This document shows, piece after piece, positions 55,220 through 63,350 of a DNA stretch of 64,000 bases. The position numbers and the translations under genes were made by a program. How positions within the stretch are numbered: the stretch's first letter is position 1; every line of letters starts with the position of its first letter. Origin of the DNA: Candidatus Shapirobacteria bacterium (GTDB lineage Bacteria > Patescibacteriota > Microgenomatia > UBA12405). The notes under the pieces were generated by a model, which saw nothing but the letters and a program-made list of their open reading frames with translations, did not search any database and was not told the origin of the DNA. The stretch spans positions 133,867 to 197,866 of the forward strand of contig JBAYIT010000002.1 in the NCBI GenBank assembly GCA_041665485.1. Reading direction: 5' to 3'.

Positions 55220-56606
55220 CCTTATTGCTCTTCTGCTTATTTTTATCTTTTGGCCGGGGTTTACTGAAATTTTTCGAATTTACACTAGCCCTTGGTTTTT
55301 CGACAACGCCCTAACTGCCTCTGCCATCCTCATACTTTTTTTCTTTCTCGCTCGCAAACAAATCAACGTTAAAACTTGTCCCAAGATTCTCCCACCCGCC
55401 TTCCTTATCCTTTCCCTGGCTTTAATCCTAAATAATTGTCTTGGCAATTTCCAAATTATTAGTCCGATTTTAGCCTATTTGGCCATCTATTTATTTTTAG
55501 GCCTGATTCTCAACTACGGCTTTTGGCAAAGAAGCTTTCCTATCTTTGTTCTTTTAATCCTTACTCTCCCCATTCTTGAACGTCTCCAAAAATTTATCGG
55601 CTTTCCCCTTCGCCTTCTTACTGCCGATCTTGTCAGCATTCTTTTGCAATTAATCGGAGTTGCCAACCTCTCTCAATCCACTGTCATCATCACTGAGAAT
55701 CACGCCACCACCATCGATCTCCCTTGTGGTGGTGTCAAAAGCATTTATTTTGGCGCTATCTTTTTACTGGCTAGCTTTTTTCTTAATCGGGTTAAATTAT
55801 CCCTCAAGTCTCTCTCTATTGGCCTTATCTTTTTTGTCCTTCTTTTCTTTTTTAATTTCTGGCGGGTATTTTCCCTCACCTACATTTACGGTGTTCTCAA
55901 GCTCTCCGGAGTAGGGGATAGTATTCATCTCACTCTTGGCCTTATCGGCTTTATTCTCTCCTGTCTATTTCTCTGGTTTCAAAGTCAAAAGCTCTCCTCT
56001 CCACCTCCCGCCACCAAATCTCCATCAACAATTTCCGCTTCGCCAAAATTTATTATTCTAATTTTACTATCAACCATTATTTTAAATTATCTATTCAAGT
56101 CGCCTCAACCGCCAGCCGTCCTCCCGCAAAACGTTTCCTTTACTCTCCCAGAACTTACTCTCGCCTCTATTCCTCTAACTGCTAAAGAACAAAGTCTCTT
56201 CTTTACTCCCGATGTCAGCCTGGCCGCCAAATATCAATTTGTTTGGCACAACAAAAACGTCAGTCTTCTTTTAGTAAAAAGTAAATCAGCCCGTAGCCAC
56301 CATGATCCTCAAATCTGTCTCCAAAGTCTTGGCTATAAATTAGCCAATGAAGAAAATATTATGGTTGCATCGCACTTTATCAAGCAAATTGAAATCGATC
56401 CGGGTTTTGCCTATTACTGGTATCAAAGTTCAAACGACATTATTTCTGATTATTCCCAGCGTGTTTGGCAACAGTTTAATCGCCCCAATCAGGATTGGGT
56501 TTTAGTCGAGCTTCTTATCCCCAAGTCCCAACAACCAACTTCCGCCGAGTTATCCCAACTTTTTCTTCTCATCAGCCTCTCCGTCAACTCCCAACTCCTC
56601 AATTAA
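55212..56606 (+). CDS. Exosortase (XrtO-like) with C-terminal EpsI-like domain
   Basis: PLRLLTA, IDLPCGG (Cys), NFWRV (Arg), IHL (His), HHDPQICL; overlaps its PEP-CTERM substrate gene. Confidence 0.85.
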   Translation: MLSLIALLLIFIFWPGFTEIFRIYTSPWFFDNALTASAILILFFFLARKQINVKTCPKILPPAFLILSLALILNNCLGNFQIISPILAYLAIYLFLGLILNYGFWQRSFPIFVLLILTLPILERLQKFIGFPLRLLTADLVSILLQLIGVANLSQSTVIITENHATTIDLPCGGVKSIYFGAIFLLASFFLNRVKLSLKSLSIGLIFFVLLFFFNFWRVFSLTYIYGVLKLSGVGDSIHLTLGLIGFILSCLFLWFQSQKLSSPPPATKSPSTISASPKFIILILLSTIILNYLFKSPQPPAVLPQNVSFTLPELTLASIPLTAKEQSLFFTPDVSLAAKYQFVWHNKNVSLLLVKSKSARSHHDPQICLQSLGYKLANEENIMVASHFIKQIEIDPGFAYYWYQSSNDIISDYSQRVWQQFNRPNQDWVLVELLIPKSQQPTSAELSQLFLLISLSVNSQLLN

Positions 56607-57162
56607 CCACCTCCATTTCACTCGACACCATCTTGTTCTCCCGCAGTTTTTTGTCCTCCCAATTAACCCCAAAACTGGTTTCGATGGTGTACATCATGGC
56701 ATTTTTGGCTCTCATATCCACTACCTCTTTTGATAAATACATAAAATCTTCTACTATTTTTGTGTCATCAGAAACGTAAAACGGGTAAGCCACCACAAAG
56801 CCTTTTTCTCTTGGCACCACCAAGACTTGGTAAAGCCGTGGATTTTTCATAAATTTCATAAAGGCTCGGGAGGCTTCCACCTCGCCAATTTTACCCTCTC
56901 CCTTTTCCCAATAATCCCTAATTAATGGCACTTTATTTTTTAATTTCAGGCCGTACAACACTGTTCCCAAAATTTCGTAACCAATTTTTTTAATTGCTTT
57001 TTCTTGGGCCGTCACATAATTAATTGCTTCTTGGGTCGAGCCAAACAGTGGCTTCATCGGCGTCAACAATTTCTTCTCTTCTTTATTTACCACCAGCACC
57101 AATGCCAAAAACCCCTCATCGGGAAACTCCGGCTCCAAATAGCAATATTTTTTTGTTTTCAT
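56599..57162 (-). CDS. Hypothetical protein
   Basis: 187-aa ORF; no recognised motif. Confidence 0.6.
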   Translation of the reverse strand: MKTKKYCYLEPEFPDEGFLALVLVVNKEEKKLLTPMKPLFGSTQEAINYVTAQEKAIKKIGYEILGTVLYGLKLKNKVPLIRDYWEKGEGKIGEVEASRAFMKFMKNPRLYQVLVVPREKGFVVAYPFYVSDDTKIVEDFMYLSKEVVDMRAKNAMMYTIETSFGVNWEDKKLRENKMVSSEMEVVN

Positions 57163-57194
57163 TATTAGATTAAGTATATAATATATTCCACAAC

Positions 57195-57590
57195 ATGAGA
57201 CCAAATCAATTATTTTATGTTTCACTAAAGGCTTTTATTGAAAAAGACAACAAACTCCTAATATTAATTAATAATGATCACGGTCTTGATTTTCCCGGAG
57301 GTCAAATACAAGCAATGGAGAACAATTTAGAAAAAATTCTCCAAAGAGAAGTTAAGGAAGAAACTAATCTTGAAATTAAGGTTAATAAACCTTTTGTTAA
57401 TTGGATAATTGAAGTTAAGAACCCCGCTAAAAGCGTATTTTTTGTTGCCTATAAATGTTCGTATCTTTCAGGCCAAATAAAGTTAAGCCAAGAGCATATG
57501 GATTTTCATTGGATCGATAAAAATAATTACCCAAACTATTCTCAAAACAATGTCTGGTTTAAATTAATCAAAAAATATTTTGTTGAATAA
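57195..57590 (+). CDS. NUDIX hydrolase
   Basis: DFPGGQI..ME.....LQREVKEETNL, LSQEH. Confidence 0.88.
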   Translation: MRPNQLFYVSLKAFIEKDNKLLILINNDHGLDFPGGQIQAMENNLEKILQREVKEETNLEIKVNKPFVNWIIEVKNPAKSVFFVAYKCSYLSGQIKLSQEHMDFHWIDKNNYPNYSQNNVWFKLIKKYFVE

Positions 57591-57751
57591 TTTTTATAGA
57601 AACAGCATCGTTAAATTAATCCAAACTTCAAACCCATCAAATTCGATGGGTTAAGAAAAAAAGTGGATCACCACAGTAAACGCAATTGGCATAAAACAAA
57701 TGCACAACCAAAATTTTAATGTTATGGAATTTAATAACATTAGAAGTGAAG

Positions 57752-58933
57752 TCATGAACCAACTGGTTTTGAATTTACTATTTTTTTCACCCAATATCTG
57801 CCCTTATTAGTTTTCAACTCCCGCTCTCTTTTTTGAGCCGTGTATTTATCCTCAAAATCTTCTTTGTAAACCAACTCAAACGGCTTGTTTAATTTGGTAA
57901 ACCTCCCTCCCCGTCCGCTATTGTGCGCCTTTAATCTCTTGTCAAAGTCGCCGGTATAGCCGGTATAAAACTTGCCATTTACCAGACTCCTCAGCACATA
58001 GACGTTCCACATTTCACCCGCCTTTATTCTCTTGTATGCCCGAAGTATTTTAAGATTTTGAATGGTCAAAACACCAACCCAATACATTTTTGATTTTTCC
58101 CAGTCAGACTCATACTGATACCAATTCCAGTTCGGAAACCACACCCCATTATCGGTAATTGTCTCCATTAAAAAATCAAGATTTTTTTCAATTCCACCAT
58201 TCACAACATCATACAAAAAATAGCTAGGATTATCAGCAAAGCTTACTGGTTGCGGATTATACGTTTTCCATAAATCTGAATCCGTTACCACTAGTTTTCT
58301 TGTTGCATTTATTAAGTTCGATTCTAGTCTTTTAGCCAACTCCACTGGCAATAATTTATGTAGTCTAATATAACAGTAAACCTCGTGTTCAGATTTAAAA
58401 TCATCAAGTTTCTCCCAGTAACAAATTGTATTTTCTAACAATTCATTTATATCTAGCGATCTTAAAAACTGACGATATTTATACAAATAGCCAACCACTT
58501 CCGCAGTCGGATTTCCCCAGTGTTCATCAATCGAAGTTTGTTTTTTATTGTTATCCCAATTCCACCAAATAGCATGCGGATAATTATTCACATCTTCGGT
58601 CATCGCCAACCAACCTTTTCTTTCTGCAACATAACTATTTTCCAGATATTCAACAAGATTACCAACCATTACAGAATCGACAATATTACCTTCGCTTATT
58701 ATCTGTAAGGCAATTGTTGAAGCTAAAACAGATGACTGTGGATGTGTCGAATCAGGCTCCAATCCGTTTCCAAAACCACCGTCACTGTTTTGAAAACCCT
58801 TCAGTTCTTCCAATACTTTTTCTAAATCACCATTATTAAACAGATATTCAAATCTGACAACCTCTAACTTTCGGCAATTATTTTTCAAATATTTTCGAGA
58901 TTCTTCAAGAATATCAGTAGAAACTATCTTCAT
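57752..58933 (-). CDS. Prenyltransferase/cyclase-like alpha-barrel protein fused in frame to a C-terminal GIY-YIG nuclease (57752-58012)
   Basis: FQNSDGGFGNGLEPD, YPHAIWW; then MWNVYVLRS....YTGYT.D..KRL..HNSG...FT....PFELVY.E......A..RE..LK. Confidence 0.82.
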   Translation of the reverse strand: MKIVSTDILEESRKYLKNNCRKLEVVRFEYLFNNGDLEKVLEELKGFQNSDGGFGNGLEPDSTHPQSSVLASTIALQIISEGNIVDSVMVGNLVEYLENSYVAERKGWLAMTEDVNNYPHAIWWNWDNNKKQTSIDEHWGNPTAEVVGYLYKYRQFLRSLDINELLENTICYWEKLDDFKSEHEVYCYIRLHKLLPVELAKRLESNLINATRKLVVTDSDLWKTYNPQPVSFADNPSYFLYDVVNGGIEKNLDFLMETITDNGVWFPNWNWYQYESDWEKSKMYWVGVLTIQNLKILRAYKRIKAGEMWNVYVLRSLVNGKFYTGYTGDFDKRLKAHNSGRGGRFTKLNKPFELVYKEDFEDKYTAQKRERELKTNKGRYWVKKIVNSKPVGS

Positions 58934-58999
58934 GACTTGATTATACTCTACCAAAATACGCACCTCATACCACGTATCTTTAGTTAATATTTTATTTTG

Positions 59000-59071
59000 T
59001 TGCGGGACTAGGATTCGGACCTAGAATATTCTCCTCCAAAGGGAGATGTCCTGCCATTAGACGATCCCGCA
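59000..59071 (-). tRNA. tRNA-Gln(TTG)
   Basis: Acceptor TGCGGGA/TCCCGCA; anticodon arm TCTCC-CTTTGGA-GGAGA; T loop TCCGAAT. Confidence 0.93.
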
Positions 59072-59082
59072 ATAATTTTTAA

Positions 59083-59175
59083 GTCCTATTTACCCGCCGT
59101 AGCTTTGGTGAAGGCGGGACGTTAGCTTGTCCGTCCACTGACGGACTTGCCCGGCCAAGACGGGACGATCGGGCA
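59083..59175 (-). repeat. Degenerate duplicate of the tRNA-Gln 5' end carrying three hairpin inserts
   Basis: GTCCT..TTAG..ACGATC..GCA scaffold; hairpins at 59093-59118, 59129-59146 (GTCCGT-CCACTG-ACGGAC) and 59150-59164. Confidence 0.65.
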
Positions 59176-59184
59176 TTCTACCAT

Positions 59185-59219
59185 CAACTGCCAACGGTAA
59201 ACTGTTAACGGTGAACGGT
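59185..59219 (+). repeat. 7-nt-period tandem repeat
   Basis: CAACTGC CAACGGT AAACTGT TAACGGT GAACGGT. Confidence 0.75.
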
Positions 59220-59384
59220 AATAGTGCCCCGGAGGAGCTTGTATTTGAACACTTTCTCCCCTGGATTCAGAAAATCATGCTTGCCTATGAGATCAGAAGC
59301 ACAGATGAAACTGATCCATTTCCACCCAAAGGCACCATGTTTTCTAAGGGTTATTATACAAAAAATGTTAATTGATTTAAATAG

Positions 59385-59849
59385 ATGAATACCTCTATGG
59401 CTTTATTTCATAGAAACTCTTTTAATTCCAAGTTATACGATCAGAACAGTTTTTATGACAGTTTCATTAAGGATCTAAAAAACTGTCATAAAGAAGTGGT
59501 CATAGAAAGCCCTTATATTACATTTTCACGCATGGTGTATTTTTATCCAATTTTTAAGAAGTTACTTGCTAACAAAATCAGATTACATATCGTTACCAGA
59601 GACCCCAGCAATCACGATGATGCGTTCATGAAACACCAAGCAACCAATGAGATATTACAGTGCGTAGAGCTCGGAATTGATGTGGCACTGCTTAAAGGCT
59701 ATCATCACCGGAAACTGGCAATTATTGACAACAATATTCTTTGGGAAGGGAGCTTGAATATCTTATCTTTTAGTAACAGCAGAGAGATAATGAGACGAAT
59801 TGAAGGCGAGAAATATGTTCGGGAAATGCAAAAGTTTTTAAAGCTTTAA
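59385..59849 (+). CDS. Phospholipase D-like (single HKD) domain protein
   Basis: IESPYI, HRKLAIID, WEGSLN. Confidence 0.85.
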   Translation: MNTSMALFHRNSFNSKLYDQNSFYDSFIKDLKNCHKEVVIESPYITFSRMVYFYPIFKKLLANKIRLHIVTRDPSNHDDAFMKHQATNEILQCVELGIDVALLKGYHHRKLAIIDNNILWEGSLNILSFSNSREIMRRIEGEKYVREMQKFLKL

Positions 59850-59856
59850 AAATTAG

Positions 59857-60069
59857 TTACTTACTTCTCAAGGGTAATTTTACTTCTATTTTTAAAGCTT
59901 TCGCTATGTTTTCAACAATATCAATACGAGGGGTTACTTCGCCTCTTTCAACTCTGGCGTAGTAATTAAAATGAATACCCGCCTTTTCAGCTACTTCAGC
60001 CTGAGTTAATCCGGCTTTTTCGCGAGCAGTTTTAAGAATTTTGGCTAATTGTTGGTCTTCTTTTCCCAT
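59857..60069 (-). CDS. XRE-family transcriptional regulator
   Basis: LKTAREKAGLTQAEVAEKAGI...YYARVERGE..P. Confidence 0.92.
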   Translation of the reverse strand: MGKEDQQLAKILKTAREKAGLTQAEVAEKAGIHFNYYARVERGEVTPRIDIVENIAKALKIEVKLPLRSK

Positions 60070-60286
60070 ATTTGTATCCTACTCCGTAATTATACAACTT
60101 TTCGAGATAGTTTGTCTCCCGATTCAAAATTTAGCCTTAAAATTCATTTAGCCCCATTTTTTGCCTGATTTTTTCTTTTTTGAAACAAGTTTGAAAATTT
60201 TTAGTAATAAAGGCGAGAGCAAGACCTAACCCATTCGTATGTATTTATTTTGACAGATTGTATACAATGAAGTAGAGAGTAATTAT

Positions 60287-61312
60287 ATGGCCAATTCAAA
60301 TGAAAAAATAATTAGGGATAGAATAAGAATGTCATCTGGTAAGCAATTCCAGCAGTTAGTTTGGGACATTTTGGCTTGTCATTATCCAAATATTACTTTG
60401 CCCAAGATGCTACATGATTTAGGTAGTGATGGTCACGATTTTAGTAGTAAGACATTTTTTGCTGTTTATGCACCAGATTCTTTGAATTATGAAAACAAAG
60501 CCACTTTAAAGAAAATTTCGAATCCTAATCCTAGAAAATCTGAGGAGTTAGGAGATTACGAAAAGTTTTTTAATAATTGGCTGACTAAATTTAAGTTTAC
60601 AAAGTGGGTGTTTGTTACCTCAGATAATTTGATGGGTTTACCTAATCAAAAAATTGCAGAGTTGAATAGTAATGGTGATAATGTCATTAAAGAGTTGTGG
60701 GGTCTGGACAAGTTGGTAAAACTAACATTAGATTTAAAACAACAAGATCTTAATAGAATTTTTGACCTAGGTAGTCTCTCAAGCCAAAACATACAAAATC
60801 AATTTATTAGCAACGCTACAAAAGGAAATGTTTATCAGGCGGTTGAAATGCAGATAGTCACACCTTTAACTTCAAATACAAATCCAAACGAGGTAGAGAC
60901 GATTATGGATTTAATATATTATATATCAGATAATAACGAGCTCACAAAGGAGGGGTTTAAGAATTCAATACCTGATCCAGATAAAAAGCTAGAAAGATTC
61001 TCTGATTATTGTGTTCAGCTAAAACGGGAAATTGTGGATAGTTGGATGTATTCAACAGCACAAAAAGAGGCCGAAAGTGTAATTGGTCTAGACAAAATTA
61101 TGATTGGGAAAATCGTAGGGTTTTTAAAACAAATTAGTTTAAGATTTTTGAGTGAGAATGGTAGTGACCCTATGGTGGCGTTAAATAAACTAACAGATTA
61201 TTTTGAAGATGCTTTAAAAAAAGTAAATAAACATTATGACCATAACGCGATAAGGTATTATTTAATAGCAGAGATACCTAAGTGTAATGTATTCCCAAAT
61301 GATTATGAATAA
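60287..61312 (+). CDS. ABC-three-component/Lamassu effector (restriction-endonuclease-like N-terminus plus C-terminal domain)
   Basis: G..FQ.L, D.GSDG, AVYAP; C-terminal YYLI....CNVF; first gene of the triad. Confidence 0.75.
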   Translation: MANSNEKIIRDRIRMSSGKQFQQLVWDILACHYPNITLPKMLHDLGSDGHDFSSKTFFAVYAPDSLNYENKATLKKISNPNPRKSEELGDYEKFFNNWLTKFKFTKWVFVTSDNLMGLPNQKIAELNSNGDNVIKELWGLDKLVKLTLDLKQQDLNRIFDLGSLSSQNIQNQFISNATKGNVYQAVEMQIVTPLTSNTNPNEVETIMDLIYYISDNNELTKEGFKNSIPDPDKKLERFSDYCVQLKREIVDSWMYSTAQKEAESVIGLDKIMIGKIVGFLKQISLRFLSENGSDPMVALNKLTDYFEDALKKVNKHYDHNAIRYYLIAEIPKCNVFPNDYE

Positions 61313-61541
61313 CTTAATAACTAAGGACGAGACAATTAAAACTTCGCCAATATATATTGGGTATCTAATTTTGAAAGTTTTAAAAACAAAAAAGGACGAT
61401 AAAGCTACTATTTTTGATGTGACCGACCACCTTAAAAGAGAACTAAAGGTAATCCATTATCGTCAAATAGTACTATCATTGGTTTTTTTGCATACTGCTG
61501 GAGTCATTAATTTTACTGAGCCGTATATTTATCGTATATGA
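61305..61541 (+). CDS. ABC-three-component middle component (LmuC-like)
   Basis: ~78 aa, wHTH-like, SL.FL...GVI; overlaps both neighbours. Confidence 0.75.
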   Translation: MNNLITKDETIKTSPIYIGYLILKVLKTKKDDKATIFDVTDHLKRELKVIHYRQIVLSLVFLHTAGVINFTEPYIYRI

Positions 61542-63277
61542 GGATAAAACTTTTACGTCTTTATTCATCACCAGAAATATTTAAACCCATTGATTTTACT
61601 GATGGTATAAATTTAATAATGGGAGAAAAGGTTGAAGACGAGAGTGTTAAAAAGGGGAAAAAGACTAATGGTGTAGGCAAGTCGATGTGTATCGAGTTTA
61701 TTAATTTTTGTCTTCTCAAGAAAACATCAGACAGTAGGGTATCAAAAATTCCGCTTGATAAATTTATGGAGGACACGCAGATAATATTAGATTTGGAAAT
61801 TAATTCCAATTATATAAAAATCACAAGAACCAAACAAAAGCCAGACAATCCAACCATTGTGAAAGATGGTGTTGAAACTGAATTCTCAAGCATAGAAGAT
61901 GCAAATCAATATTTAAAAGAACTTTTATTTTCTAATGTAGAAAATGCAACATTGGGATTTAGGGAGTTTTTAGGGCCGTTCGTAAGAGATGAAGAATCTG
62001 AATACAAGGATATTCTGTCTTGCTATGATCTATCAAAAAGAATCCCGCCGTCTGTTAAACCTCATGCTTTTCTTTTCGGTTTTGATATTTCGATTATCAA
62101 CGGTATCGAAAAATTATTTAAAGAGATAGAAAAAGTAAATACTCACAAGCTACAATTACAAAAATCTTTAACTGAGAACAAAACAAGAAAAATAAGGGAC
62201 GTCAAGGCAGTTTTAAACTCTTTAAACGATGACTTGAGAAAAATAGACACAGCGCTAGAGAGCTTTAAAACAAATGAGGCATATGAAGTAATGCAGGAGG
62301 ATTTGGGTAAGATCCAACTAGAAATTGAGAATTTACGTGCTAGACAAACTGCTCTCAAATATGAATTGAGAAAAGTTAAATCTTTCCCTTCTCTTGAAGT
62401 AATTAAAAGGAAAGAGATAGAAATAATCTATGAACAATTCAAATCGGGTCTCGGAGAGATAGTTTCAAAATCAATCGATGAAGTCGTTGGGTTTAAAGAA
62501 AAAATAGACGAATTTCAAAAACGATTGTTAGTGGAGAAGGTAGCTTCACTAGAAGAAGAATTAGATATCGTTACTACAAAATTGCAGAATCTTGAAAATA
62601 GTAAGGTCGATAAATTAAAAGTAATTGATCAGAAAGGTGTATTAAAAGACATAAAAAATGGGTATGCGATTTATCATCAGAAAAGAGATTCGTACTCATA
62701 TCTTCAGAACACATATGAAGCATATGATAAAGCAGATAGCGATTGGAAAAAACTTAGGCTAGAGAAGGACCAAATGTTCTTAAAGTTGGATGCGCAGATT
62801 TTTGACGCTAGAACAATAATCGGAAATTTCAATGATACTATTGTTGAGATTCATTCTTACATCATGGATAGCAACGAAGCCTCTTTCGATATTAAGACTG
62901 TGAATGAAAGTAAAAGTAAACAGATACTTTCGTTTGATATGAGGATTGATGATGACGGAAGCCATAGTATAGATAGAACTAAGGTTTTTATATATGACTT
63001 AGCTTTGTTATTTAATGAATATACAAATAAAAGACATCCAAAATTTCTGATTCACGACAACATATTTGACGTTGATCAGGACACTCTAATTAAAAGTCTA
63101 AATTATCTCTCTAGAAAAGAAAGCCAAAAGTTCCAGTATATTTTGACATTAAATAGAGACAAAATAGAAAATGAAGAACAAAGCAAATTGCTTGAATTAG
63201 ATATTAAAGAACACAGAGTAGCAAACTTCACCAAAAAAGATAGATTTCTTTATGGCGATAAATATTCGGAAGTATAA
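61538..63277 (+). CDS. DUF2326 SMC-like ABC ATPase (LmuB-like)
   Basis: F..GINLI.G, TNGVGKS, long coiled coil, YDLAL, FLIHD. Confidence 0.88.
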   Translation: MRIKLLRLYSSPEIFKPIDFTDGINLIMGEKVEDESVKKGKKTNGVGKSMCIEFINFCLLKKTSDSRVSKIPLDKFMEDTQIILDLEINSNYIKITRTKQKPDNPTIVKDGVETEFSSIEDANQYLKELLFSNVENATLGFREFLGPFVRDEESEYKDILSCYDLSKRIPPSVKPHAFLFGFDISIINGIEKLFKEIEKVNTHKLQLQKSLTENKTRKIRDVKAVLNSLNDDLRKIDTALESFKTNEAYEVMQEDLGKIQLEIENLRARQTALKYELRKVKSFPSLEVIKRKEIEIIYEQFKSGLGEIVSKSIDEVVGFKEKIDEFQKRLLVEKVASLEEELDIVTTKLQNLENSKVDKLKVIDQKGVLKDIKNGYAIYHQKRDSYSYLQNTYEAYDKADSDWKKLRLEKDQMFLKLDAQIFDARTIIGNFNDTIVEIHSYIMDSNEASFDIKTVNESKSKQILSFDMRIDDDGSHSIDRTKVFIYDLALLFNEYTNKRHPKFLIHDNIFDVDQDTLIKSLNYLSRKESQKFQYILTLNRDKIENEEQSKLLELDIKEHRVANFTKKDRFLYGDKYSEV

Positions 63278-63350
63278 TCTTACTATTTGTCGCTGAAGTA
63301 AGTGGTAAGCAAAGAAAACTAGCGAATTGAAATCGCCCAATAAAACAAGA

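Noticed and set aside
57631-57652. Hairpin AACCCATC/GATGGGTT as a novel RNA
   Set aside because: A single stem between convergent genes; most simply a terminator-like element.
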